Origin: Convolutriloba macropyga
Taxonomy: Eukaryota
Length of the DNA stretch: 64,000 bases
Reading direction: 5' to 3'
Assembly: GCF_964194025.1 (NCBI RefSeq)
Contig: NC_134480.1
Coordinates: forward strand, 35,898,001-35,962,000
Shown: positions 1-12,171 of the stretch, piece after piece
Numbering within the stretch: the first letter of the stretch is position 1
How the letters are laid out: each line of letters starts with the position of its first letter
The notes under the pieces: generated by a model
The model's input: only the letters and a program-made list of their open reading frames with translations
Databases searched by the model: none
What the model was told of the DNA's origin: nothing
Translations under genes and position numbers: made by a program

Positions 1-262
1 AGTGAAGTTGCCGCGTGTGAACAAAAAACCACGAGCGAGAAAGCGAATTTTTGTTCAAACACCGTTTTCTCACCGTACTTTAAAATTGAAGCGAAAAAAA
101 TCACGCCGCAAAACCACTCGCTTTTTTGCCCCATTTCCTGTTTCGGCGTGACCAAAATCACTACTGCAATTTGACTTCAAAAATCATGAAAATATGTGAA
201 TAGATCTTAAAAAAAAGACAGCGCCCCAATACAATTCAAATTCTTTGAACTGTAAAAAAAAT
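1..262 (+). repeat. Dispersed repeat; inverted copy at ~50067-50330 and a diverged copy at ~49205-49410
   Basis: Reverse complement of 50067-50330 at roughly 90% identity by eye. Confidence 0.85.
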
Positions 263-517
263 GGGGTTGGAATAATAAGATTTAAAAGCTCCAATATGTC
301 TATCATGTGGGGTTTGATCTAAATTGTAAATCATATCGATTTTTAACAGCCATTTCAGGTGAACTTATCAAATTCTTCCTGAGAGCAATTTAAAAATGCT
401 AATGCGTGAAAAAAGTACTTAAAATGGTCAGAGGAGAAAACCGTAAAAGCAAACAGAAATAAAAAATAATTGCAACAACCTTCGTTTGAAATCAATTAAT
501 ATAAGATATGCATTCCC

Positions 518-670
518 TAATCTTTTCCGTTTGTGACCACCCCCCCCCCCCCTTCAGCAGCTTAGTGGGTGCATCATTTGACCATTCAATTGCACTCGCC
601 AAATTTTTACAATCATGAACGATGTAATGACATGTGCTCTGTAATTGGGATAGGGCAAACGGAAAAGATC
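518..670. mobile_element. MITE of the same family (TIR ATCTTTTCCGTTTG)
   Basis: ATCTTTTCCGTTTG...CAAACGGAAAAGAT with the shared CAGCTTAGTGGG core. Confidence 0.8.
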
Positions 671-685
671 CACATTCTGCTTAAC

Positions 686-893
686 CTGGGTGTCATCAGC
701 TGACATCAGTTGGGCAAAAGAGTATAAGATTTTTTCATAGTTGGTCTCCAACTCCACTGTTTCTGGTGGGTAACTGAAGCACGTAGATTTTGCGTAGCAA
801 GCCAGGGTTTTGATGAGGGGTACAAAGCCAGCGGAGGGAAGAGATCTGCTGTGTATATGACAGTCGCCCTTATTTGATGACTCTTGGTCCTTT
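686..893 (-). CDS. ABCA-family transporter, second coding exon (start of extracellular domain 1)
   Basis: TTTTTAG acceptor in phase with exon 1. KDQESSNKGDCHIHSRSLPSAGFVPLIKTLACYAKSTCFSYPP resembles ABCA1-type [38 protein letters not shown] donor at 685. Confidence 0.85.
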
Positions 894-1199
894 CTAAAAA
901 CAGTAAGAAAATAAAAGTCGCCCCTCACCAGACAACCAGGTCAATTCTTACCTGTAATTTTTTTCCGCTGTTATCCCGACCCCAGATTTCTTCGGTAGCT
1001 AATTGAACTATTTATGCCCCCCCCCCCCGGTCGCCGTCGAAGGCGATTGTTCGGGCAATTGAGGGTCTATAGGTTCAAGTCAGAATAATTTAAGAACCTT
1101 GTTTTAGAGCACTCGATATCTCATAACCGCTAGTTTGAAGCCCTGTGAAAGCCATTATCGATGTCAGAATACCCACTTTTCTGTTCAAATAAAATTCTT

Positions 1200-1335
1200 T
1201 GGTATGATCCTACTGTGAAACCAAAGAAATAACATGACCATTTCGTGATTACCAAAAAATCTTGTATGATCATTTTATGATTAACAAGAAATCATATGTG
1301 ATCTTAGTATTATTACAGGACCCATACATCTTTTT
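1200..1335. repeat. ~32-bp minisatellite-type repeat; second copy at 3958-4060
   Basis: Repeated ATGATCC..TATGATTAC.AAGAAATCAT units at both sites. Confidence 0.7.
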
Positions 1336-1399
1336 CTTCAATGGAATAACTTTTCTTCAATGCTGAAACAAAAACATTGAAAATAACTTTACTAGTTAT

Positions 1400-3363
1400 G
1401 ATAACTCTCTTCTTAGTTTGCTTATATCTTTTTAATTATTTAGTTTTTGGATTGCTGATTAAATGGCATATTTACATCGCGGTATGCTGGTTGACGTTCT
1501 GGACAATCTCGGGCAGTGTGCTCATTGCTAGCACATGTTCTGCAATATGTTCTCATTGGTGTAGGAGATCTTTCGGTACTCCATTACTGCAGTCCTTTCG
1601 ATGCAAGTTTGACCTTCCTCTCGAATAATGTCCTCGACCTCTCTGAAAAATTCCATGGTTACATCCTCTGCTGTTGTAGTTACTGTATCCGCGGCCACTT
1701 TGGTTTCTATTCTACTGGTATGTTTTTCTGTTGTAGTTGTAGCCTCTGTATTTATTTCCTCTTCTGTAGCTAGGGTACTGAGTACTCTCCACTTGCTGAT
1801 GCGGTGGCTCTGTTACTTGTATTGATGCTATTTCTGCTGCCATTATGCTTTCTAAGGCTTGGGCCACTGTAGGATTTCTTGATGTGTCAAATGTATTGAA
1901 AGCCGTGGTATATTGAGGTTCGGGGTTTATCTGATGAATTCGGACTCGTCTTTTAATGATAGCGCACAGTTCGTTTACTGTGATGTGATTCTCTGACAGC
2001 AAAACTTACGTTTACTTGACGGGCTTGCCTTGAAAGAATTGTTCTCTTATTCGTCTTGTTCTTTCGTCATTGCGGTCCATGTGAGCTGCAGGGTCGTCCA
2101 CAATTGCGAGGTTGGCGAGGCGTTGCAGATCTGAGGAAGTCATCTGGTTGTTCATTCACCGGATCAAACTTTCTCGATTGCAGATCAAGCTCACAGTTTC
2201 TTCTTTGGTCTGCTCCAGCATATCGATTGCGTAGTTGTTCAGGCGAATCGTCTAGGTCGTTAGAAGGTAAATTTGAGTGCATTTTCGGCTAAGTGTAGGT
2301 GATAATATCATGCAAGTCGGTGATTCGCTTCAAGAATTCTAGATAATGCAATGCTTGCTCCCAATAGTCCTTCAAAATCAGGCCAGTTTTCGTTTGGTAG
2401 TTCTGAGAATCTTTTCAGATGTACGTAAGGCGGACTTGGATATGCCATTTTCTCTTAATCTGTTCGTTAATGAAGAATTTTTGTGGAACGAGCAATTCGT
2501 TCGCTTGTCCAATTTAGCTATGTCAAAGAATTTGCAGTTTAGGCTATTTGGTTGGTCTTTTTGTTCTTCTCTGCAAATTTTTTACTTACTTTTCAGTCGA
2601 TTGTTTTGTCGTTGAAGAATACGAACGGGTTTCTAGGTTGATAGCCTTACAACAGCGTCATAGAGGTAATTTTGTGGCTTGCGATGTATTTTATTTTTGC
2701 TCGCAAAGCAAATAGGTTGATTGCTCATATACTTTGGAATGGGCAAAGTTGGTTTTTGCTTTGAGTGTGGTTATTTTCTCGGTATCGATAATTTTGGAAG
2801 AATATGTAAAGTTCTGAGTTTTTTGTGATACGGATCCGTTTGATTGTCTTCTTGTGCAATAAAATAAGAGCTATTTTCTGTGGTTGTTTCTCTAACGATT
2901 CGCAGATTGTAAGTTTTTCCGTTAATGGCTAATTCCAAGAGATGCAAATTTTTCCTCTTTTTTTAGAGAAGTAAGCGTTCAACATCTCTGTTGCCATATG
3001 ATAACTCTCTTCTGAGTTTGCTTATACCTTTATTATTGTTTTAGAGGCCGCTGTGTAGGAACTGGTGCCAAGTGCTATCTTGTATGAAGACAGCTATCGT
3101 TGCAATTTCCTTTTCAATAAAGACTTTTAATTGCGAGTTTTTGCTTAGTGCTATTCGGAGCTCGGGTTCGGTAAAAACGCTAGATTTCAGCAACAAGTTT
3201 GTTATTCTAGTTTTCTAGCAAGCAACTGAACTGTAGTGAGCAGAAACGTCTGTGTGAATTTCAAGATAATAAATGCGTGCTGTATAAATTTATAAAAGTC
3301 TTTTTCGACCAATCAAAATTCAGCATCATCATACTAGTCTTCTCAGTTGAAATAAACATTACA
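1400..3363 (-). mobile_element. Decayed LTR-element gag region with a candidate 5' LTR, in ABCA intron 1
   Basis: LRNRYAGADQRR...RKFDPVNEQPDDFL capsid-like segment; CCHC knuckle CRTCASNEHTARDC (1503-1544); candidate LTR TGTAATG (3363) to ~3073 followed by TGGCACCAG. Confidence 0.7.
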
Positions 3364-4599
3364 AGCAGCAGAAGAAAAGCTCTTTGGGCATCATAACTGC
3401 AGTGTAAACCTTAAAATTCAATTGATCCTAGCCATTGAACTGTCAGGAAACATTGAAAACAACCCATTTATTAAAGGCTCCATGTATTACAAGTTTAAGG
3501 CAACAAAATATAAATTTTAAAATAATATAGAAGTCACTGTCACATTACTTTACCCTTTGTAACGCATCGCCATAATACCCATTGTGCCAAAACACGGAGT
3601 GCCCTATTTTTCCAAAACCACCGAAATAGTCAATGCGAAAATTGATTATTTTTGATCTTTAATTCAATTATAACCGTTGAGTTAAATAATCGCATTACAA
3701 ATAAGGAGTGCTAAGGTTGCAGGTTGCCGGAACTTGGAAAACATGGTGAGGCCGTAGTTGAAAGTTTTAGACGGAAACCGTACTATGATCTTGTATAGTT
3801 TTATAAGGACCGCAGTAAAGTTGTACTAAGATTTCTAAGTCACGGTATTAAAGCCTTATCAATATTAATAAGATGCCGTGATAAAACCGTATCAAGTACC
3901 GAGTTGAAGTTTCATTAATTTTGTACAAAGATGTCAGACTGTCCATACTTGATTTCTTAGTACAATCCTACTATGAAACCAAAGAAAAATATGATCCTTT
4001 TATGATTACAAAGAAATCATATATGATCCTAGTATGATTACCAGGAATCATAAACCTTTTTTCTTGTAATTACCTTTCTATTTTGCATCGATAGGCCATC
4101 ACTTATTTGATTCCCCGTAATCTCCAAAAAACCCTTAAATGTAGTATTATTTTGAAAGTCGGGTGCTAAAGAAAAGAGTCTATCAATATGACTAAAATGT
4201 CGATATTCTCTAAAGCCAGCGCATACCTAAAAAGCTCATTTAGAGGAAGGCTGTAAAAAATATTGGTGTATATAACTCCAAAATCATTTTCTAAATACAT
4301 AAACAATACAAATTTACCGTTTTAGCGACATTGAATATTTTTTTACCGTAATTTGTGGTATTAGTCAATGTTTGATGTGTCATATATGACCTTGTATGAT
4401 TTCCGAGATATTTTTCCACTTCTACAAAAAATGGCGATCAAACATTTTTTTTTCCAACTTTTAAAACTTTTGTACTCTGACGAAATCATATAGACCGTTG
4501 AATGACTACTAGCAAATAATACAACTCAAATATAACCTAGTATGATTACGAAGAACCATGTATTACCTATCTAAGGACGTTCTATGATGGGTGGGTAAC

Positions 4600-4790
4600 C
4601 GGATAAGGTGCCGTATTAGGGCCGTTTGAAGATAAATAGGGGGTGCTAAGGCCATATCAAGCTTAACACCAAGACGTACTAAGGCCGTGTCAACAGAATT
4701 AAAATGCCGTACTAAGGCCGTATCAAGAGTAAAAAGGTGCCGTGCTGAGACCCTATCAAAATTAAAAAGAAGTCGTAAAATAAGAAAACA
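4600..4790. repeat. ~32-bp degenerate minisatellite (GCCGTACTAAGGCCGTATCAAG); related tract at 3745-3900
   Basis: Periodic AAGGCCGT units. Confidence 0.7.
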
Positions 4791-7642
4791 GAACGACAAC
4801 AGTCGCAAAACTCTCTAGTCATAATAAGCATACTTGATCACTTAGTAAGTGAAAGTCAATTGTGATAGTGTCATATTAATTCGCTCGAGGTTTTCAGGCA
4901 TGTCCAAATAAGCTACTGTTACGTGGTATATATACTTTATGACAATAAAAATAATCTCAATTAGGCCTTATTAAGCTTAAAAAATCTTTCTGGTGATATT
5001 AATACTAGTGTAAATTGAGCATATTTTGGATACATTGGCACTTTGGTACCTCGGCATATTTGTATTGGGTACTTTGGTATTGTGTACTTTGTGGGTATTA
5101 GGTTCTGGGTATTTTGTCCTAAAATCTAAAATGACTAGTTTAAACATGATTGTACAAATCAGGTCTGATAAATTTAACTTCAGGGTTAAACTTTAGGTAC
5201 TTTGGCACATAGAGTATTTTGGTATTGCTATTACGTTCTGACACCAGAAGTCACAGTAGTTCCATTTTTTGCTGAAAGGTTTCAATTTTGTCCACATCCA
5301 AAGGGGTAAATATCTTTGCCCAATTACAAGCTTCCAAATTACAGGATTTGAAACTGTGAAGCAAGCTCCAAAAAATTTCACTCTGTGAGCATTGAATCAT
5401 TTCATCTAGGTGCCTCCTTGATAAATGATTCATTTTCCAAGGTAAAAAGCTGTAATTTGATATCTTTGTTCTAAAACAGTTAGACTAAAAATTTAAAAAT
5501 TACATTTTAAAAAAGGACACTGATTTTTGACCATGGTTATCAATATCTACTGCTTGTGTAACGCCCAGAAACGTCTTTAAAAAATGGAGTTTCAAATCTG
5601 TTCAAAAAATTACAGCCGTTCAGTCAAAAACCTTAAAACCTGTGTTTCGAGGAAAATAAAGTCTGCCTGATTCCAAATACCGAAAATTGAGTGTTCAAAA
5701 GCTGCTTCGCGTAAAAGATACACCGAATACCTTTTTTGCGCACTGCAACTTGGTTTGCACCGCGCTGAAAACCTAATTTTTGAAAATTGTTTCCAGATGA
5801 AAACAAAATGAACGCAGGAAGAACTGCTTAGTTTGCAGCAGATTGAACAAATGTTGCATCTTGCGCCCGGAAAAATTTGCGTCCTAACATTAGAAAATGA
5901 GATCATCATTTCGCAAAAAAAATTATTTATACCTAGGCCATAAACCTCAAATTGTGAAGTGTATTATTATCAATGGAAAAATTTAAATCAGGATGATGTT
6001 TCCAACATCAATTACCACAATAATAACAGCACTTACAAAGCAGACATTCAATTCTTGTATAGTTGAAGACTTGACAATATGTCTCGTTCAAGGTTGTTAT
6101 GTAATTCCGTTTGTCTTCCAATTTTGGAAGTTAAGTTTTCATAAAAAGATTCACGGAGAAGGATTTTAATCACTTTGGAAATATTGAGCATTTTTGTAGG
6201 AAACCAAATCGTAAGAAACAATTTTTTAAATCCCTCTGATGACTCCAAAAATAGCTACCAATTCCTGGTATGTCCAAAAAATCTTAGTAAAAAAATAAAA
6301 GATATGATAAAGGGAACCATCAAAATTTTACAAAATTTCTGAAGAAAAATTGTTCATTAAGGCCACTGATAACTTTTCTTTGGGGTAAAACAAAAGAGTA
6401 AATATGAACAACTTGAATTTGGTAGATAAGTAGAGAAGATTGGATATAAGAGCAGCGAAAAAAAACTGACCCAACATAAGCAGAAAACTCTTAAAGCAAC
6501 AGCAAGAATAGCGAATTGAAAAGCGCGATTAGTTAACACAATCTGGCTAGTACATTAATGCATTTAGTTGTAAATTGAACAATAAATTTTGCGCTTTTTA
6601 GGGCAGATGAAAAACTAACTCAGAACAGTAAAATATTCAAGTATAAACGATTCTTCTTACTAATCACCTTAGCGAGTTAAAACTTTGAAAGAGTGCTTTA
6701 GAAACCTGCACTTGAATCTATTGCTAGCCTAGCAAAAAAAAGCACATCTATTTGACTTGTTCTTTCACAAATAGCCTTGAACAAAAAATCACAGACTCAC
6801 TTTATTTTTGACTTTTGTTCAGCAGATTGAACGAAACCCTTGTTTTGGCGTGCTGTATTGAAATTTAAATCCTGTTTCAGTTACAACTAACCGATTAAAA
6901 AAATTTTGCCAAAAGACCTTTGCATGAGACTTCGGTCGTTCTCGAAAACCAAACCATCAGAGAATCGGGAATCGTGTTTTTTTGTTTTGTGACACTTATT
7001 TTCTGCCTCACCAAAATTACCTAAAATAATTGACAAAAACATCAGCCCCTGTAATAAAGAAAAAAATTTAGGCATTGACATCAGTGAAGCAAATGACCAA
7101 AACAAAGGTGTTATTCAGAAACCATACAGAAAAACGGGGTCTTTATGGGGGGCTATAATTTCATGGGGGCTATAATGGAAAAAACCCGAAAAACGAACTC
7201 AATCTTCAATCAAAATAATGGATCTATTCTGTTTCGCCCCCCCCCCCCAGCTTAGTGAGCATAAATTTTTTATGACCCCCAGTCGCACGTGGTATTTTCT
7301 TACATAGTAGCGTGCTGTATAACAACATATAATTTGTAACTGGGGGCCATAAAAACACTGGGGGGGCGAAACAGAATAGATCCAAAATGATATACAATTA
7401 GAAGCATAAAACCGTTCTCAAAACTCTGAACTGGATCTATTGTTGGGTCTTGCCCGTTATAGCCCCCCCCGCCCCAGTCATGGTAATTATACCATAATGG
7501 GGGGCTATAATTTTATGGGGGGGTTATAATGGGAAAGACCCCTATTGCTTTGCCGAACTTGGTGAATATATAATCCCCCCGGCACACCTTACTTGCTAAC
7601 ATATAAATTGTAATTGTGGGGGCATAAAAAAGCTGTGGGACT

Positions 7643-7967
7643 CGGGTCAAGATTTGAGCGCCGTTTCAACGCACTATTTTGTAACAAATGCGCTGAATGC
7701 GCTAAAATAAAGTAAGAAATGCGCTGAATGCGCTGAATTGTAGAGAAGGCGCTGAAAATTCAAAATTTCGGCACATTTCTTACAAAGTTTTAGTGCAAAT
7801 TCAGCGCATCCGTAGAAAAAATTCAGCGCTTTTGAGAAAACTTAGAAAAAAAAAAGTTTCAGCGCATTTCAGCACACTTCAGCGCATTATTATGTAAGGT
7901 TTTTGCGCTGAATTTTTTGAAAAATCAGCGCATTTCATACATAATTTTTGGAAAATTTCTTGACCCG
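7643..7967. mobile_element. Fold-back element with TIR CGGGTCAAGA and internal GCGCTGAA/TTCAGCGC repeats
   Basis: Terminal inverted repeats; multiple GCGCTGAA in the left half mirrored by TTCAGCGC in the right half. Confidence 0.75.
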
Positions 7968-8411
7968 GGGAGCGAAAAGTAGATCCCCAAACTCAACTAA
8001 AAATCAAAGAAAGTCATCCATTCAAAGCAGTGCTTGAAGAACAAACTTCTCGCCCTCCCAGCAAAAATCAGTTTACACGTTAGTTTTACTTTTTCGCTTG
8101 TGGGTCAAAACGCCGACTGGAGGCATAGTATTTCCGGTAAAAAAACAACCTCAAGAAAACCAATACTCCTCTTCGGGTCGTACAAAAAACAAAAGAACAA
8201 TGATAGCTCATCAGCTGTTGCCATCGCAGCTATTAAAAATCTAGTACTTGGCTTCTAGTTGAATAGATGGGTCTTTCCCATTATAGCCCTCCATTATGGT
8301 ATAATTACCATGATTGGGGGGGGGGGGCTATAGGTTACTGCCCACTAAGCTGGGGGGCTATAATGGGAAAGAGCCGAATAGATACCAACCGTGTACCTCC
8401 AATTTCCTCAC

Positions 8412-8542
8412 CTGATGATAACAATGATGATGAAGACAATAAGAGGGGCTATCAACTCAACACTCAGCAGAACGGGGTTGCGTCTCTTCAGCATGAAGTT
8501 CTTCCATAACAGGGCATTTAACTGTCTAGTATTGCAACCCAT
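8412..8542 (-). CDS. ABCA-family lipid transporter, first coding exon (gene continues past window start)
   Basis: Translates MGCNTRQLNALLWKNFMLKRRNPVLLSVELIAPLIVFIIIVIIR, the canonical ABCA N-terminus (Q-L-x-x-LLWKN...E...P plus TM1). Ends at a GTGAG donor, phase 2. Too short for the ORF track. Confidence 0.88.
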
Positions 8543-11500
8543 TTTCAAATAGCCTTTCAAAGTCAAGCTTCCGTTTCTTTCTGGATTATGTTTACACTGG
8601 TCACGTTCATGTCAGATAAATTAAATATGCAGCCTTAAATGGATACAGGAAGTTGAAAAATAGTGCCTTTCCATTATATCCCCCCTTTCTATTACAGGGT
8701 CGTGAGCCGTTCCGTTTGATATGATGAGTTTAACATCTATTTCGGTATCTATTTGGGTCAATCCCCTCCACGTTTAAATGCGAGCGTTCTTCTTGATATA
8801 ATCCCCAAACACGCGTAAAGTGTAAATGCAACTCATCTTTTTCTCAGAAAACAAACTACGTTTGACAAAGGCTTTTAGTTCTTTTCCGTTTATTTGTGCC
8901 CACTTCACCAGTATATTATTCAATCACCCCCCGTGACAGCGCACGTGTTATTACATAGTAAATCAATATATTAAAAATTCAGCACGTACGCCTGTGGGTG
9001 CCAATAATATGCAGCCACTACGTTGGGGGGGGGGGGGCACAAACGGAATAGAGCCCTGTTCTTTTTATAGACATAATCCATCCCTAATTTCTGTAGGCAC
9101 AATGGCAAGTAATATACACGCACAAAAGTTTTTAAAATATTGATTTAAATCCTGTATCCCAAAGCATACGTTCAATACATTGTTAACGTTGTAAGAAAAT
9201 ACACTCCCAAATGCTCACGTGCAAAAAAAGTGTTATAAAGTTGGGATCTTCTATGATAACAATCATCTATACTGTTTCACCCCTCCCCCATCTATTCCGT
9301 TGCCAACGGGATCTATCCCCCCTAACTTACAGGTCATATAAATTTTACGTCCCCAAGCGCATATGCTATTTTTTATAACTTTTGGGAGGGCAGGGAGGGG
9401 CATCAAAAACACTGGGACCGAAACAATAGTTCCCATATCTTTTGTATATCGATATATAGGTGTTACCCTTAAAAAATCAGATCTATTGTTTCGGCCCCCA
9501 CAGCTTAGTGAGCATACATTTTTATGACCCCCAGGCGCACGTGCTATTTTCTTACATAGTAACGTGCTATATAACATATAATTTGTAACTGGGGGTCATA
9601 AAAAACACTGGGGGGGGGGGGGGGGGCGAAACAGTATAGATCCAAAAATCCTTGAGGTTTAAAACTCTCATAAATTATTTTAAACTTTCGCGTTTGCATG
9701 CTCAAATACGTTCAGCGCATGAAAATCAGATATTAGATCAACCCGGACCCTAGTGCCATAGTAATTCAGTACTGAAACATTGTATTCCAATTGTATATCG
9801 TCGGCCCAGTACTGCATCAGTGTATCCTAAGAGTATGTTGCTACCTCATTATGTGCAGTCTATTCGCATAGATACTTTTTTTCGGCAAATAGACTGTACT
9901 TCATATTTTTGATTTCCATGATGTTCATAGCAAAATCATGGAAAATTGTGAAAATTTCGCAAAAAAATTTTGAAATTTTGGGCGATGCACTTTTCGAGCA
10001 TGAAGATGACTTACAATCTTAAAACGTTGCAAGAAACGTATTTTATTTTTAAAACTTGCCAAAACCAGAAATACACGCCGAGACCAGAAAATTCACGCCG
10101 AGTGCATGGTACCTGACACATTTGGACTGAAATTGTAGGTTTTTATGGTTTTATTTCAGTTAGTTAGGTAGGTTCATTAACTTGCAGAAACTGGAAAGTA
10201 AAAATTTCTGATCTTTTCCGTTTGTGCCCCCACGCCAGCTCAGTGGGCGCATTTTATCTGCAACCCCCATGTGCCATATTTTTTTATAGAGATTTACAAT
10301 GTAATGGCACGTGCTCTGTAACTGGAGGCGCATAGCGTACTGGTTCAGCACAAACGGTAAAGATCCCTGTTCCTTAAAAGAAACAAAAACTTACTTCTGA
10401 GATAGCCGAGAGAAAATTAGCTTCATTAACTATTAAATTTCAGGCGAAGACTTGAAAAAAAAAACGGAACACGGATCTTTTCCGTTTGTGTTTATTTACT
10501 TAAGATTCTACTTAAAATCCTCTAAGAACAAGGGTCACAGACGAGTTTAAGCAACATTCAACTTAAATTAATATATTTCAACACAATTAGATCGCTTATC
10601 ACCTACTCCAGCCTTTATGAATTTGTGATAATTATCTTTGATTACCTCTAAATGTTTATTAAATTTGAGTCCGTCTAAATAAAATTAACCTCTGAGAACT
10701 GCAAATTTTGGGTCTTTCCCATTATAGCCCCCCCCCCCCCCAGCTTAGTGGGCATGTAACCTAAAGCCCCCCAATCATGGTAATTATACCATAATGGAGG
10801 GCTATAATTTCATGGGGGGGCTATAATGGGAAAGACCCCAAATTTTTTCTCGTTGTGAAAGTTTTCGAGGATATTTTCTGCACTGTTTTTTGAACGTGTA
10901 GGCTCTAAACAGTGAATAAGAAAAAATACAAAAAACCTCTCCAGCCACTTTGTGTCAGGTTTTTAAGATCCACTAGACCAGTTGTAGTAAAGTCAAATAT
11001 TGCAAATTTTAAAATGATTTTCGATAGTTCTGACCTGAAGGAACGTAATTTGCCAAAAGAACGTGAAATTCCATCGAGCTTGATTTACCCTTTTACCCAT
11101 CCGTCTTAGATAACATCATTTAAGACTTCGTCAAGCGATCTGAGTGAAACATTGTCGAAGCCCGCCTCCAGAGCAGCGACTGAAGATTTAGCCTTTTTGG
11201 CTCCAAAAAATAATGACCGTCTGATAGCACTAGATAAATGTAATCTGTTCCAATTCTACCCCCTTCCAGGTACGTTATGCAACCCCCCGTTACAGACCAC
11301 GTGCCATTATACAGTAATGCCTTACATTAAAAAGCACGTGCGTCTGGAGGATGCAAATAATGTGCACCCACAGAGCTGGGGGAGGAGCATATAATCAGGA
11401 AAGGTTCGATTGTTGGCCGAGTGTTACACATATTGTTATAGCGAAGGGTAACAAGTCTTGACAGATTTTGTTTTTGCGTTGAAGAACATCGCAAAACTTT

Positions 11501-12171
11501 GTCCATTACTTTATACAGCAGTTAAAAATTCGTACAACACAATCAGCCCCCTTTATAGACAAAAATGTGACTAGGTCTCAAGGGGAACCCAATCGCTCTG
11601 AAGAACTATGGCGTAGCTGTTCTTCCACTTATAGACTTACTCAGCATGAAGATCAGCATATCACCCAAAAAAGCAACGCCGATTACGGTTATGCTGCTGG
11701 TTACCTTCAGTTTTCAAGTTGTAATGGAATGGCTTAAAGTTTTTCCGGACAGTTTTTCCTTTTTGTCCTGCTCGAACTTCGGCAATTCAATTTTGAACCA
11801 CAAGTTCCCTGTTATATGGATAAAAAAACACTCGGGTTATTAATAAATTCAAATGATGCTGCGCAGGGACATAATTCACGTCGTTAAATGACACTGTCAC
11901 GAGAAACCCTTTTTTTACAAATAATATCTGCAGTTAATTTCGACTCAAAACGACAAAAACAAAAATTTTAATCTAAGAACAATTCTGAACCCTAAATAAA
12001 AACAATAAAGGGCCGTGTACACCATCCGGCATCGATGGCAGCGAACAATTCTGAACGCTACACGTCATCGCTCTATTTACAAGTGATAAAATCAAACTTT
12101 CAACTACTCAAATTCAAGAAGTTATCCATTCAAGAGTTTTGCATGATACAAAATCAGATCAGTCATTAAAT

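Larger units (their letters stand above)
7137..11408. mobile_element. Cluster of about 11 MITE copies (GG-terminated TIRs, 8-bp TSDs)
   Basis: Copies at 7137-7187, 7220-7383, 7433-7986, 7445-7541, 8269-8375, ~8876-9055, ~9308-9434, 9479-9643, 10209-10366, 10710-10838 and ~11240-11408. Perfect TSDs: GAAAAACG, GAATAGAT, CAAATTTT. Confidence 0.88.

Noticed and set aside
5190-6540. Short ORFs, possible transposase relic
   Set aside because: No recognisable domain and no phase-compatible splice pattern.
11175-11215. Hammerhead-ribozyme-like CTGAAGA plus stem
   Set aside because: The conserved GAAA after stem II and the other stems are missing.
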